DNA of 64,000 nucleotides from Chloropicon primus (taxonomy: Eukaryota), in the NCBI GenBank assembly GCA_023205875.1, contig CP060761.1, forward strand, positions 186,001 to 250,000. The letters run 5' to 3'. The notes under the pieces are model-generated. The model worked only from the letters and a program-made list of their open reading frames with translations, made no database searches and was not told where the DNA came from. Shown in pieces: positions 20,655 through 33,300 of this stretch. The translations under genes and the position numbers were made by a program. Position 1 is the first letter of the stretch; every line of letters starts with the position of its first letter.

Positions 20655-21358
20655 CCCTTCCTTCTCTCCTCCCCCTCCCGCGCGCGCGTTACGACGACGA
20701 GCCCCGACTTCTCTTCGTAACGCTCGGGCTCGGCCCCGTCTCCCCTCGGGGGTCAAAATCAAGCCACTGGCGGAGGAGGCGGGCCCAAAGGCAAAGGGTG
20801 CGCGACCTTTGAGGCCGGTTGGAGGCCAGGCCGTGCCGATGGAGCGGAACAAGGCGGTTTCTTGACGAAGGTACGCTTCGCGAGCTTTGCATGGATCGTC
20901 CCTCGACCGCTTTGGCATCACGAGTGACTCATCAAGGTGGTTTGAGAAAGAAGGAAGGGTGTGGTGTGGTTGGAACGCGAGTCGGTCTCTCTCGCAAGTC
21001 CTTGACTCGTGTGGTCGGAGGGGAGGGCAATGGACGAAGCGGGGCTGGCCCAGGAGGGGATGCCTGCCGCTCCCTCCCTCTCCCTCAAACCTCTCTCGCA
21101 ACAAAGAGAGCAACAGGCAGAGGCCTTGAGGGCGTCCAACCCCAAGACACAGGTGGACAGAGACCAAAAGGGAGGACAGGGATCATGAACGAGGCGGGTG
21201 CTGGGCCTCGCGGGTGGGTGAATAGGATCGGCGGTGGCAAGTCTGAATTGCTTTCTTCCCAGAGGCTGAGAGATCATCCAAGTATTTGTATTCTGTCATA
21301 GGACACGGACACTTGGAGACGACTCTGGTCCTAGAAAGGCTGCCAACCTGCAGTTGGG

Positions 21359-22415
21359 ATGAGAGTCACCAAGGGGAGGCGAGCGAGGGCTTGGGTCGTG
21401 GCGTCCCTTGGACTTCTCCTCGTGCTGGCGCTGAGCTCCCCTGGGTGGGGCGTGAGCGCCGAAGGCAGGAGGAGGAGGCGCAGAGGCAAGAAGTCCTCCT
21501 CCCCCTCGAGGGGACCAGCAACCGCTTCCAACTTCAAGCCGTGCCAGACGGCGGAGGACTGCACGCCAGGGGAGCTCTGCTCCTTCGGCAAGTGCAGGTG
21601 CCCCATCCTCTACAGGGGCCCAGGCTGCACGACAGTGAACCCAACTCGCGGGAAGTGGTGCGTCACGCCATTTAGTGGCTACCTCAGGAACGGATACAAC
21701 CCCAAGCTGAACTTCACGAGCTGCGCTGTGGTTGGCAACTCGAACTCCGTCAAGGACAAGGAGTGGGGGGAGGAGATCGATGCCCACTCCGTCGTGATCA
21801 GGTTCAACGAGGCGCCCACTGTGGGGTACAAGAAGTACGTGGGAGACTGGCACCCCGGGACGATCCGGATCCAGAACAAGGAGCGCGGCGGGTTCGCGGA
21901 GAGGAAGGGGGAACACTGCGTGGTTTGGCCGAACAATGTGTATCAGAGGCGGAGGTCTGACAAGAAGTGCGACGTCCATCGGATGAAGAACTCCTTTGCA
22001 GCGTACGCTAGGACGTATTGGAAGGCTCACAGCCCGCCGGGGGGTGGGTACGCCTCGAGACAGAGGGCGAAGATGTCCAACGGCTTCCTTGGCATCGTCG
22101 TCGCCCTTCACAAGTGCGCTCACGTAGACGTTTATGGCTTCACTCAGGGGAGTGGGCACTACTTCAAAAAGTTCACGGGAAAGCCCAAAGGTTTCGGCAA
22201 CCCCAACAAAGCGATCATCATGAACAAGAGACCGCACGGCCAAAGGCACTCTTGGAGCGCGGAGAAGGCCTGCATCAAGAGGCTCAGCGACGAAATACCA
22301 GAGGTAAGGGCAACAAACGCCACTCGAGTGATGCCGCGGAAACGTCCTGTTCTGACACAAACCCAAACGCTCTTCTGTCTCTTTTCTCTTGTCTCCTCAG
22401 TTCATATTCCACTAG
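21359..22415 (+). CDS. GT29 sialyltransferase-like Golgi protein with EGF-like stem; exons 21359-22303 and 22401-22415
   Basis: N-terminal TM; sialylmotifs L (CAVVGNS..IDAHSVVIRFNEAP), S (SNGFLGIVVALHKCAHVDVYGF), III (HYF) and VS (HSWSAE); GTAAGG...CAG intron. Confidence 0.85.
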
Positions 22416-22968
22416 TATAGGGATAGGGGTATCATGACCCTATAGCTCCGCGCATTGTAAAACACATAAAGGCGACTTTCGCTTCGCGTGGAAGAGGAAG
22501 ATCACCCCGAGCCTGGCATGAGGCAATCACTGGAACCATTTCCCGTCCTCCTCTTTTGCGAAAAGACCCAGACCCTGCAAGAGGAGGGGACGAGGGGGAA
22601 GGGGAAGGGTCCAGAGAAACTACGATGCAAGGAAGGACTCTTGCTTAACTCGGACCGTGTTCGTGATTGGTTCTCAAGGTACACTTCATCGCCTCAAGAG
22701 GATAAAGGACAAGGATCTCCTTGATGTGGCACAGCATCGAAAACCTAAACCTAAAACCTAAAACCTCCTCCTCCTTCTTTCGCGCCCTTTTTTGAGGAAA
22801 CAAGGAAAGAGGCCAAAGTCGAGGACGAGAACGAGGGGGGAAGGGATTGAGACCCACATAGAACGAAGCTACGTCTCGTGAGCTTTCCATAGATTGTTCG
22901 CTTGACCGGTTTGGCGTCCTGTGACGAAAGTTCTTTCGATCGAGGCAGAGATCAAGGATTGAAACGTC

Positions 22969-24720
22969 ATGAGGAGTCAGGGCATGACGGGCAGCGCCGT
23001 GGCGGGACAGAGGGCCTCCTCCTTGGTCCCCTCGAGGCCTCGGCAGCACCGTGACCGAGGTCGTTCCAGCTCTACTCGCCTGGCACCGAAGGCTTTCCTG
23101 GGTCTCTTGAAAGGTCGCAAGAAAGCGGAAAGCGTGGTCGACAAGGTGAGCATGGCCCGTCCGGGCGACGAGCTCGCGGCGCAGTATGGCGACGTGGGGT
23201 CGGGGAAACCCAAGGGAAGGAGGGCTGGGGTGGTTCTTCATCCGACGAGTTTGCCCGGAGCCCACGGTGCTGGCGACCTCGGACCCTCCGCGTACGAGTT
23301 CATCGATTGGCTGGGCGACGCTGGGATGAAGGCCTGGCAGGTGCTTCCTCTCGTGCCACCCGAGAGGATGTTCTGGTCCCCGTACGCGGGGCAGAACGCG
23401 AACAGCGGGAACGTCCTGCTTATCAGTCTGGAGCTTTTGCAGGAAGATGGCCTCCTGCTCGAAGACGAGGTTCCTGCCAAAGTGCCTGTGAAGGGCAAGG
23501 TCGACTTTGCGAGCGTGGCCGAGTCGAAGGAGCCTCTCCTGTCCATCGCTTCGAAGCGTCTCGTGTCCCTCGACCGGTCCAGCAATTACATCAGGCGGGA
23601 GTTCGACGAGTTCTGCTCCCTGAACGCCGACTGGCTTGACTCTGCCGCTGTCTTCCACTGCCTCAGCAATTCCGACGACCTGCGAGGGCTGAACTGGTGG
23701 GATTGGCCCGCGGACTTGAGGGACCGTAAGAGGTCCGCGATCCAGGAGTGCGAGGCGCGGTGCGAGGAGGAGATCAGCGAGTTCAAGGCCCTTCAGTTCC
23801 TTTTCAACAGGCAGTGGATGAGCCTGAGGAACTACGCGAATTCGAAGGGGATATCAATTATTGGAGACATGCCCATCTACGTGGGCGGGCACAGCGCAGA
23901 TGTTTGGGCGAACAGGGACCTTTTCGAGCTCAGCCACGAGGGAAAGTCCATGTCGGTGAGCGGCGTGCCGCCGGATGCGTTCAGCAAGACTGGCCAGCTC
24001 TGGGGCAACCCGCTGTACGACTGGAAAGCCATGAAGAAGGACAGGTACAGGTGGTGGGTCAGGAGACTCAAGAGAGCTTTTGATCTGTACGACGAAACGA
24101 GGATCGACCATTTTAGGGGTTTTGCGGGGTACTGGTCGGTGGACGCCAAAGAGGAGACCGCTATGGTAGGCAAATGGCTCGCTGGTCCGGGGGAGGACCT
24201 CTTCAAAGCCCTGGAAGGGAGCTTGGGATCCACCAAGATCATGGCGGAGGACTTGGGCGTCATCACGCCAGATGTCGTGGAGCTCCGGGAGGCGATCGGG
24301 GCCCCTGGCATGCTAGTCCTGCAGTTCGGCTTCGACGGAAACCCGAGGAACCCCCATCTCCCCCACAATCACTACGAGAATTGCTTCGTCTACCCGGGGA
24401 CGCACGACAACGACACCACGAACGGCTGGTACGAGAAGATTGGCGAGGAAGAGAGGAAATTCATCGAAACGTACCTTGGTTACATCGACCGCAAGGACAT
24501 GGCGTGGACTTTCATCAAGGCCGCCATGTCCTCGGTTGCGAACACTGCCATGTTCACCATGCAGGACGTCATGAGCTTGGACAACTCTGGCAGGATGAAC
24601 CTCCCCGGCACGGCCGAGGGGAACTGGTCTTGGAGGATGATCTCGGGTTTTGGCTCCAAGGACATGACCAGCCTTGCCCTGAAGCTCAGGAATGTCGCTG
24701 GCATGTACGACCGCACATGA
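22969..24720 (+). CDS. DPE1: Plastid 4-alpha-glucanotransferase (disproportionating enzyme, GH77)
   Basis: LHPTSLPG, GDMPIYV, GVPPD, WGNPLYDW, RIDHFRGF, AEDLG, GTHDNDT; transit peptide. Confidence 0.95.
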   Translation: MRSQGMTGSAVAGQRASSLVPSRPRQHRDRGRSSSTRLAPKAFLGLLKGRKKAESVVDKVSMARPGDELAAQYGDVGSGKPKGRRAGVVLHPTSLPGAHGAGDLGPSAYEFIDWLGDAGMKAWQVLPLVPPERMFWSPYAGQNANSGNVLLISLELLQEDGLLLEDEVPAKVPVKGKVDFASVAESKEPLLSIASKRLVSLDRSSNYIRREFDEFCSLNADWLDSAAVFHCLSNSDDLRGLNWWDWPADLRDRKRSAIQECEARCEEEISEFKALQFLFNRQWMSLRNYANSKGISIIGDMPIYVGGHSADVWANRDLFELSHEGKSMSVSGVPPDAFSKTGQLWGNPLYDWKAMKKDRYRWWVRRLKRAFDLYDETRIDHFRGFAGYWSVDAKEETAMVGKWLAGPGEDLFKALEGSLGSTKIMAEDLGVITPDVVELREAIGAPGMLVLQFGFDGNPRNPHLPHNHYENCFVYPGTHDNDTTNGWYEKIGEEERKFIETYLGYIDRKDMAWTFIKAAMSSVANTAMFTMQDVMSLDNSGRMNLPGTAEGNWSWRMISGFGSKDMTSLALKLRNVAGMYDRT

Positions 24721-24982
24721 TTCCTCCGAGCATTGATTCCGTTATTCTTTCCCGCCCCCCTCTCTCCTTTTGTGGTATAAATTTATTCTTTTTCTTCCTT
24801 TTATCCTTCTGCTTTCCCTGCCCCTACAGCAAGCAAAGCAAGTAGCTTTACATCGGAGGTCTCCATTCCACTCCACTCCACTCCACTCCACTCCTTTCCC
24901 TTCGTGCTGGAAACAACAATGGCATTGCCCTCGTCTCGGTCCTCTCGTTCCCCTCCTCTTCGCCAAACTCCGAGCTTGCCTG

Positions 24983-26401
24983 ATGCAGCAGCCAAGCGGG
25001 GAGGAGGAGATGAAGCCCAAGACGGTCAAGGAGTGGGGTCCTCCCGAGGCGCAGGAGGAAGAGAGGTACGAGGGGTCGAAGGAGTACAAGCACACGACCG
25101 CCTGCGGAACCCGCACCCTCTACTTCCTTCCTTCCGACTGGCAGAGCAAGAAAGGTGGCCATCGTTGGCGAAAGTATGGAGAGAAGACAGTGCTGGAAGC
25201 CAGCGGCGCTTACTCTCGTTCATACTTCAAATGCACGACGGACAAGAACTGCACATTGCGGAAGTATTGTCAGGTATCAGAGGAAGACGATTGTGTGATG
25301 GTGACAAGGTACAACGGGTTTTGCCACGTTCACGCCGCAGAGAATGGAGACGGAACGACGGTGAGGATACCTGCGTTTGAGGGTCTGAGCCTGCCAGAAG
25401 AGGAGGACAGGAGTTCAGGGGCAACTGAAAGCGAGGATGCTGATTCTTTGGTGAAGCACCGGGGCGTTGAGACTGCAGGAACCGCTACATCGAAACCCCA
25501 GGAGGACGGCATCGAGAGGAGGGGGACCAAGGAAAATGGAGTAGTGATGATTAGTTCAGGGTCGTCTGGAAGCAAAGGGGCGGAGGCTTCGGCGGAGAAC
25601 CAGGATGTCTCGACACCGGCTCCTGCTGGCTCGACACTTCTGGAGGGCATCTCCAGTGTTGTGACCAAGGAGAATGGAGTAGCGCGCGGGAACAAAGCTC
25701 CTGGGCCAGCTGCATCAGGGGGACGGAGACCTGAGAGGAGAGGGGGGACGGCGGAGAAGCAAAAGACAGAGACTGTGATAGATGGTGTTGGTAGGATGGA
25801 CTCACACCCGTCCGATTGGGTGAATTGGAGTCGAGGTTCTGGCGAGAAGAACGCCGCGAGCGATGGCTTGGACTTTTTCATACCGACGTACTCTGGAGAC
25901 GTGAGTGCGGCCTCAGTGCCGCCTCAGAAGGTTGGCACCGGGGGGAAGAAAGCCTTCACGGCCCTGGGAGCGTATCCCTCCCTGGAGTGTAAGCCCCAAT
26001 GGGAGGGTGGGGAAGACGACAAGTCTGTCTGGATGCGAGTCACGAATAGGTTGCTCGGGAGGTACTCCTCAGCGAAACCCAAAGCCGGTGCGCGGCCACC
26101 GACGGAGGAAATCCACGAGTTCAGCGAGTCTCCCCTGACGACTTTCGTGACAGAGATGATGAAGAGCGACGTGTCGATTGAGAGAGCCAAGGAGTTGGGC
26201 GTCGCGCAGGCAAGAGAAAGGGCCAGGGTGGACAGGACTAGGGGCTGCGCGAGGTGCAGGTACAGCTCATCTGGTTGTCTTGGCTGCTCAGAAGTGAAGC
26301 GGCAGCGCTACTTGGAGAGAAAAGCTGCCCAGCAAAGCACCTCTTCCTCGTCGACTTTGCAAGACTCTCCAAGGAAGAGACAAAGGGTCTCGATAAAATA
26401 A
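24983..26401 (+). CDS. WRKY-domain transcription factor (WRKYGEK variant); start uncertain
   Basis: WRKYGEK..RSYFKC-x5-C..HxH; C-terminal GCARCR..GCLGC. Confidence 0.8.
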   Translation: MQQPSGEEEMKPKTVKEWGPPEAQEEERYEGSKEYKHTTACGTRTLYFLPSDWQSKKGGHRWRKYGEKTVLEASGAYSRSYFKCTTDKNCTLRKYCQVSEEDDCVMVTRYNGFCHVHAAENGDGTTVRIPAFEGLSLPEEEDRSSGATESEDADSLVKHRGVETAGTATSKPQEDGIERRGTKENGVVMISSGSSGSKGAEASAENQDVSTPAPAGSTLLEGISSVVTKENGVARGNKAPGPAASGGRRPERRGGTAEKQKTETVIDGVGRMDSHPSDWVNWSRGSGEKNAASDGLDFFIPTYSGDVSAASVPPQKVGTGGKKAFTALGAYPSLECKPQWEGGEDDKSVWMRVTNRLLGRYSSAKPKAGARPPTEEIHEFSESPLTTFVTEMMKSDVSIERAKELGVAQARERARVDRTRGCARCRYSSSGCLGCSEVKRQRYLERKAAQQSTSSSSTLQDSPRKRQRVSIK

Positions 26402-26446
26402 TGAATGTATATTTACACAACAATATAAGGACACGAGAAGTGGTGC

Positions 26447-29244
26447 TCAGATAAGACTTGATTCGATTTCAGCCAGGAGCTCCTTCACCCTCTTCTTCCT
26501 CTTGTTGATCTCCAGCGGGTTGAGCGACGAGGGCTTGTTCGCATCAAGGATGCACGAGACAAGCCTCAAGATAGCCTGAGGCTTGTACTCCCTGTGCGTC
26601 ATGGCCCAGTGCAACAGATCAGACTCCGGAACGTAAAACGCTTTGATGTAGCCGTCCACTATTCGCACGTCGGGCTCGAAGCCCTTGGGCACAAACCTCT
26701 TCATGCCGGTGGTGAACATTTGCAGATCAAGGGACATGGCCGCTCGGCCTTCTATGCTGCACTTTTTCACCCGCGAGAAGCCCTCTAGGATGGACTCGTT
26801 CGCAGCGCTAACGGCGTACTTCCAGAACTCCTTCAGGGCATCCCCTTGAACTCCCACGGCATCGAGCTTCAACTGAAACTGATAAAACTGGCCGTTTAAC
26901 CTATCGACCCACTCGTGTTGCTGCATACCCACGTCCTTGATCGCCCATTGGCACTTCTCTATCTCTTCCGGAACCCACACCAAGTTCACCAAAAGCTTTG
27001 CGACTCTGTGGAAGAGGTGCTCGCGAAGGTCTTCCACCGCCATCACGGTTCTGTTCTGGAACGAGTCGAGCTGCGCTGTAAGGGCATCAGGCACGAGGGC
27101 CTGAAGATCAGAGCTCGATGACAGGATTTCAGACGCAATGTGCCCCAGGGAAGACAAAGCGACGGTCCTCTCCCTCAGCCCGTACATGTTGCCAGAGGAC
27201 AAGACGTTCTGCTGCCCTTGCCCCTGCCCAGGGTCGTCCGATGGATACCCGTCCACGTACTGCCCAATGGTGTAAGAAATGGACTGGGATATCCTGTGCA
27301 AAGTTTTCTTCAGCCGAAGAGTCAGTGCACCCGAGCCATCTTGAGGGGCCGACTTGTCATAGAGCAAGTCAACGTTCCCAAAGAGCTGGAAGATGTGCCA
27401 AAAGTACAGATCAAACAGCTGGCAGAAGCCCTCCACGACCTTGGACGAGTTCTCTCCGATGACCTTCATCAAGTAAATGTACCTCTCCATGCACTTCAAG
27501 ATCTTGATGGAGGAAGACGTGTACACGGACGAGGTCTCAGACGCTTCCTTTGCCTCGTTCTCACTGCCTTCCCTCGATCTCGATTCCGTCTTCGTGCTAA
27601 GGTCTCTGAACGTCGCGACAGGGTCCGTGCCTTCTGCGAAAAGCTTGTCCCTCAACGAGGCAAGGACCTCGAATTGAAGGGCGCCGAACGTGTTCACTCC
27701 CACCTCGCTCTTGATGACTTGCTTCAGAGGCTTGATCGAGCCCTCGTCGAGGGGAAAGCTGTGCCAGAGCTCCTTGTCCAGTATAGCCTTCAGGGCTTCC
27801 ATGTTCTGCCGGTGGTAGGCGTCAAAGAACCTGGCGCAAGTTCTTGCGATGTGCTTCCTCAAATTCGTGACCTTGTTCTCACAAAAAGCTTCGCCGCAAG
27901 AAATGAAGCAGTGCGTCCACTCCAGCACCTGCAGAAAGTGCTCTCCCTCTCCAGCGGAGGGGGCATTCAGCAAGGACGCGATCCTCCCCTCGATGTGCTC
28001 GAAGAGGAGCTTCCTCCCATCGTTCAGCGCCTTTTGAATCACCCCAATCACCTCGATGGCCGAGCTGGCTTCCGACTCTCCGCCGTCGTCCCCGCTTGCC
28101 CTCCCTTGGTACTTTGTGAGCTCTTCTGCGTACCACTGCCTCATCTGATAGTGGCTTATCATTACCCCCACCAGAACATCAAAGGTCTTCAAGAGGCAAG
28201 CCCTGAACTGGTCTATCGAGAGGGTCTTGCACAGCTCGTTGTACGGCCTGTTCCTAAACGAATTCATCTGCTGCTCCTGCGTCCCGCCTTTCCCCTTGCC
28301 GCTCTTCACTCCGGCGAACGTTCGTATTATGCCGTGGGAGGAGCCCAAAACAGCCTGTGCGAAGCACGCCTGAATCTTGTCGGCCAGCCCCGTGGTATCC
28401 CCCAGCGTCAAGTAGACCTCGAAAACCCTGGAGCTCGTCTCAGGATCGAAATTGAAGCACAGAGCCTGCAGGGTGTCGTCGGTCGAGGCCAGGGTGTCGT
28501 CGAGAATCCTCATCACCGAGCTCCTTAAGTCATGGATGCAAAATATTTCCGGATCAAGCTGGGAGATCACCTCGGCGCACTGCAAGGTGCTCGACACCGT
28601 CCAAGCCAGGCGCCCGTCCTCGAGCCCCTGCTCCAGGTGTCCCACCTGGTCTGCCACGCCCTTGACCTGAAGGAGCATCTCGAGGAGGTTAAACAGTTCC
28701 CGCTTCCTCTTCGCGCTCGAAGCTATCCGTATGTTCCTCTTCACTTCCTCGGAACACATGGCGAGACTCCTCCTGCTGTTCTTGGCCAGCACGTGCGCCA
28801 CCTGCAAGTCCCTCTCCACCTCAGTCACCCTCTCTATCCCTCCCACAAAGTCACTGTAGTTCTCCATGATCGAAGAGAACAAGCTCTCGTTCAAAAGCTT
28901 CAACGTTATCATGAACTCTGACACCCTGTCCTCCAAGTACGTCGCCGTCGGGTCGGACGGCAGCACCGCCAGCGCATCAGCAACCGCGTCGAAGTCCGCC
29001 TGTCGTCCGACGAGAGGAGAGGAGAGGAGAGGAGAGGAGTCAAGTCACAAACAAACAAACGAACGAACAAACAAACAAAAAGTTTCTCTTCGTCAATCCT
29101 ATCCTTCCCTTCTCGAAGAAGAACGAGAGCGTTCCCATGCCAAGACCAAGTCGTGCCAATTACCTGAAAGTATCCTGGCGCCAACTTGGACGCCAGAAGC
29201 GCCTCCTTCGCCTCCCTCTCCGCCTCCTCTGCGTCGGGCTCCAT
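26447..29244 (-). CDS. VPS50: Syndetin/VPS50 (EARP subunit); exons 29244-29164 and 28999-26447
   Basis: Vps54_N-like N-terminus; C-terminal EGFSRVKKCSIEGRAAMSLDLQ..YIKAFY; GT-AG intron in frame. Confidence 0.9.
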
Positions 29245-29842
29245 TACCAAACCAATGCAAATGGCTTCAGTTGACTTGAATCCGCGTCAAACGAATCAAG
29301 CGAGGGCTCTTTCGAAAGATCGCGAGGCGTTCTATCGCCGACCACTTCCTTTCCCTTCCGGACGAGGCCGCTCCCCCTTCCATCAAAGGTCTCCCCGCTC
29401 TCCCTCTCTTGAGAGGCTCCCCTGTTCTCTCTGGTTCTCCTGGTGGCGGGAAGGGCGGAGGAGGAGGACGGTTTTGTCTTTGGAGGGCCAGGAGGAGCCG
29501 CAGAGTCGCGGGAGAGGACAAAGGAAAGGCAGATTACGAAAGATCGTCTCATTATCTTTCCTTTGAACCTCTTGCTGGCCAGTTTGACGCACGGAGTGGT
29601 CGGTAACGCTCGCATCACGACGTGATCGAGCTCGAGGAGCAACCCAGGGGACGAGTGTTGTGGACGGGACGAGGACGAGGGCGAGAGGTGGAGGTGAAGA
29701 GAGTGTCTGCGGGGCGAGAGATCGCTTCCAGGGCGTTGGATTCGTGGGGGGCCTCGACCAGCTTGACATCGGGTGGGTGCCACGAGCTCGGTGATTGTTG
29801 TGGAGCGACAGAGGAGGATGTGGTGGTGATTCAAGAGATTCT

Positions 29843-30256
29843 ATGAAGGAAACGAAAGAAGGCGAGGAGAAGAGGCTGGGGCCATCGAACATCGGTTACA
29901 AGCTCCTCAAGAAGGCGGGGTGGTCGGATGGCGAGGCCCTGGGCAAGAACCAGGACGGTATCAAGTCACCGGTGCAGCCAAGCCTGCAGAAAGGTCGGGC
30001 GGGATTGGGGAAGGTCGTGAAGGAGGTTTCGAGGAAGAAACGGAAAGCTGCTGAGCCCGGCGATGCAGCCTGTGGTGACTCCAAGGTCGTCTGCGCAAAG
30101 AGGAGGAGAGAGGCCGAGATCGAAGAGAGGCGGAGAAAGCAACAAGTCGTCGAGATGTATCGGGAGTTCAGGGAACCCGATGCGGGAGCGGAGCAGTTTC
30201 ACCCCCTCAAGAGCAAAAGCAGGCTCTCTGCCACGAACCCACTTCTGGACGACTGA
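29843..30256 (+). CDS. G-patch domain protein (start may lie upstream)
   Basis: SNIGYKLLKKAGWSDGEALGKNQDGI..P...GRAGLG. Confidence 0.8.
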   Translation: MKETKEGEEKRLGPSNIGYKLLKKAGWSDGEALGKNQDGIKSPVQPSLQKGRAGLGKVVKEVSRKKRKAAEPGDAACGDSKVVCAKRRREAEIEERRRKQQVVEMYREFREPDAGAEQFHPLKSKSRLSATNPLLDD

Positions 30257-30367
30257 TGGGTCGGGGCCGCAGAGACCCAGAAGAAGTGCGTGTATCCTCA
30301 TTGTATAAAAGACAAAGTAAACAAAGTAAAACTGAAACTGAAAAAGAAGAGCTTGGGGGAGTTTTTT

Positions 30368-33300
30368 TTAACCGTATTTGCCACCTCCTCGAGAGGACTT
30401 GGCCGAATTCAGCGTGTCGTCCGACCTCTCGCTGTCAAGGAGTTGGCTATTTCGCACTTGCTTCAGGAACCAGCAATGCATGTGGCCCTTCCCCTTGATG
30501 CTTATCTTCCCACGATCCTCGCACAGAGCTTCGGGGTCCTGCTCCATCAGCAGCGTGTGAGCCTCGTCTGACATGTTGATTTTCCTGCTCTCGGAATTCG
30601 ACTCCATCCTCGACGCAGTGTTCACCGAGTCGCCAAAGAGGCAGTACCTCGGGTTGGTCGACCCCACGACGCTTGCGACGACGCTTCCGCTGTGGAATCC
30701 AACTCGAATTTTGACGTAGCCCCTTCTCAGATCGTCCTTGTCGATCGGCACCTGGCCTGCGGACTCGGTGGCCTCCAAAGCGAACCTCGCAACTCGCAGC
30801 GTGTGGTCAGCTTGGGGCTCGGGGAGGCCGCCCACGCACATGTAAGCATCGCCAATGGTTTCCACTTTGAAGAGCTTGTGCTTGCGCACCAGAGCGTCAA
30901 AGCGGGAGTACATGTCATCAAGCAGAGCCATGACTTTTTTGGGAGGCAGGCTCTGGCTGATCGTTGTGAAGCCAACGATATCAGAGAAAAAGATTGTGAC
31001 AGGGTCAAAGGCCTCCGGCTCGACCTTTCGACCCTCGCTGAGTGCCTTGCGAACATTAGGAGGGAAGATGTCCGCCAGCAAGGCCTGCTGCTGCAAGACG
31101 TCGCTGCGAGCAAGCTGGTGCTTTTCACAAACGTCCACAAGCCGCTCCTCCACTTCCCTAATGCCTGGTCTCCTTGCAGGGTTTTTGGCCCAGCACTCCT
31201 CCATGAGCTCCAGCAATTCTTGGGGCACCTGCAGCCTCATCCTCCCGATCCCGCCCTCCGAGTTCCTTTCCGGCACAGTGGGCCTGGCGCTGTCCTCCAC
31301 CACGGACTTGATGAGCTCCTGAGCCGTGACTCCCGTCTCCATCCGATCGTAATAGGGCTTGTACCCGGTGAGGATCTCGTACATCAGTACCCCGAGGGAA
31401 TAAATGTCGCTCTTCTCATCAGGCATCCCGCCCTTTCGATCCAAAAGCTCCGGGGCCATCCACAGCACCGAGCCACCCTTCACTTTTCCGCTTCCCTTGT
31501 ACACCGTCATGCCAAAATCAGACAGCTTGCCCGTGAGGTTGCTGTCGACAAGGATGTTCATCAGCTTCAAATCTCCGTGGATCACAGGAGGCTTCGCCTC
31601 GTGTAAGTACCGCAGTCCCTTGGCAGTGTCCCGGAGGATGCTGACAATGAGCTCAATGTCGACTGGGATCATATCATTGTTCATGATCGAGTACATGGAT
31701 CCATTGCCCATCACCTCCATGACCACCATGGGCGGCAACCCCCTCTGAATCACTGCACCCATGGTCTGCACAATGTTGGGGTGCCTCAGCTTCGTCACGA
31801 GCTTGATGTTGCTGTAGACAGCCCTAGCGGTGCGCGCCAAACTCTGGCTCTTCCCCGCTGTCCTCGTCCCGAAGCTGCTGCTGCTGCTGCTGAAATCGAA
31901 ACTCAGTTTCCTAGAGAACGATCCCTTCCTCTCGATGCATCGGAAGCACTTGGAGAACCAAGGCAACGATCTCTTGTCGACGCTCGTGGACAGGTAGACA
32001 GGCGAGATCTGGGACGCGGTGCCTAGCGCCTCAATGTCACCCACCTTCATGGCGTCAAGATTCTTGCTGTCCTTGGTCTTGCTGTCCGTTAAGCTGGCAT
32101 CCAGCAGCGTGCGCTTGACGGCCACTGTGGTGCCTCTGAAGCGTGCCTGCACAACCTCGCCTTGACCCCCTTTTCCGAGAATCTTGACAGGGTCATCGAA
32201 CTCCAGCTCAGACTTTTTGATCTTCCAAGCGTTCTCCGCCGCTTGCTTCGCCCTCCACATGTAAACGAAGAAGCCCACGAGGAGCAGCAAGAAGGATCCC
32301 AAAAGCACAGGCAAGATGATCTTCAAGAGGTTAATCAGGCCACTGTTGTCCGCCGGGGGCGTCGGAAACGCCTTGTAAGGGTTGAATCCCGGAATGAACT
32401 GGCCGTCGTACTGCACGTAAAGGTCAACCCCCGGCGGCAGGCTTTGGTCCCTGCTCGGAACATCAAGGGGGCAGGAACACAGAGATTCTTCCAGAATCAG
32501 CTTTGTTTCCGGGTCATTGATGCCTTGCCTCTCGAGGAATTCGCTGTACATCGCGGACCAGGTTTGGCTGCCCTGGTCTCCAAATTGCGTTTCGAGGTAA
32601 AGCTCGTCCATTCTTTTCAGAGTTTGAGGGCTTGGGAGGTTGCAGGTCGTGTTGTACACAACCTGACCATCTCGCTTCGCCACGACGTTGAAGTTATCGC
32701 AGATCTCCTCAGTCGTGGGCACCCACTCGAAGTAGGTGTTCTGTGCCGCAAACATCCATTCGCCGGACCCGTAAAAAGCGTTGTCCTTGTCATCGGGTAG
32801 CCACTCGATGACCTCCGCATTCTTTGCCGTCGGCTCGCTGCCATCCCCCGGCACGACTCCGGGCCCGAGCCCGAAATTGAGCTGAGTGTCGTCACGTAGA
32901 TCGCTGCCTCCGCTTCCGGAGAGAACCAGGCCCTCTCGGTTGTCGATGGTCCCCACGGGCGCCCAAGGGTTGCTCTTCTGCAGCTGGAAGACGTCGTACT
33001 TTTTCTCATTCGGGTTGCCGAGCTTGTCCAGGGTGAGATTGCCCGTCAGCCCGTCCACGAGTTCCACGGTTCGGATGGCTTCCAGCAAGGTGTTGGAGAC
33101 GAGGTCCCGCGGGTCGCCCCCCTGATCGAGGACCGAGGCCCAAGCCGTGGCGACCAGCTTGGTCGCGTCGTAAGAGTAAGCTCCCCCCCATGGCGGGGTC
33201 TCCAGGCAAGCGGCGTTGCACGCCTCGCTCACGTTGACGGGGGACTGCGGCCCCACGGCGCTCTGCTGCAGCGGCGGGGTGGCCCTCCATTCCTCCAGGA

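Noticed and set aside
22741..22765. Telomere-like (AAACCT/AAAACCT)n run
   Set aside because: Only ~4 imperfect intergenic units; no evidence of a chromosome fusion.
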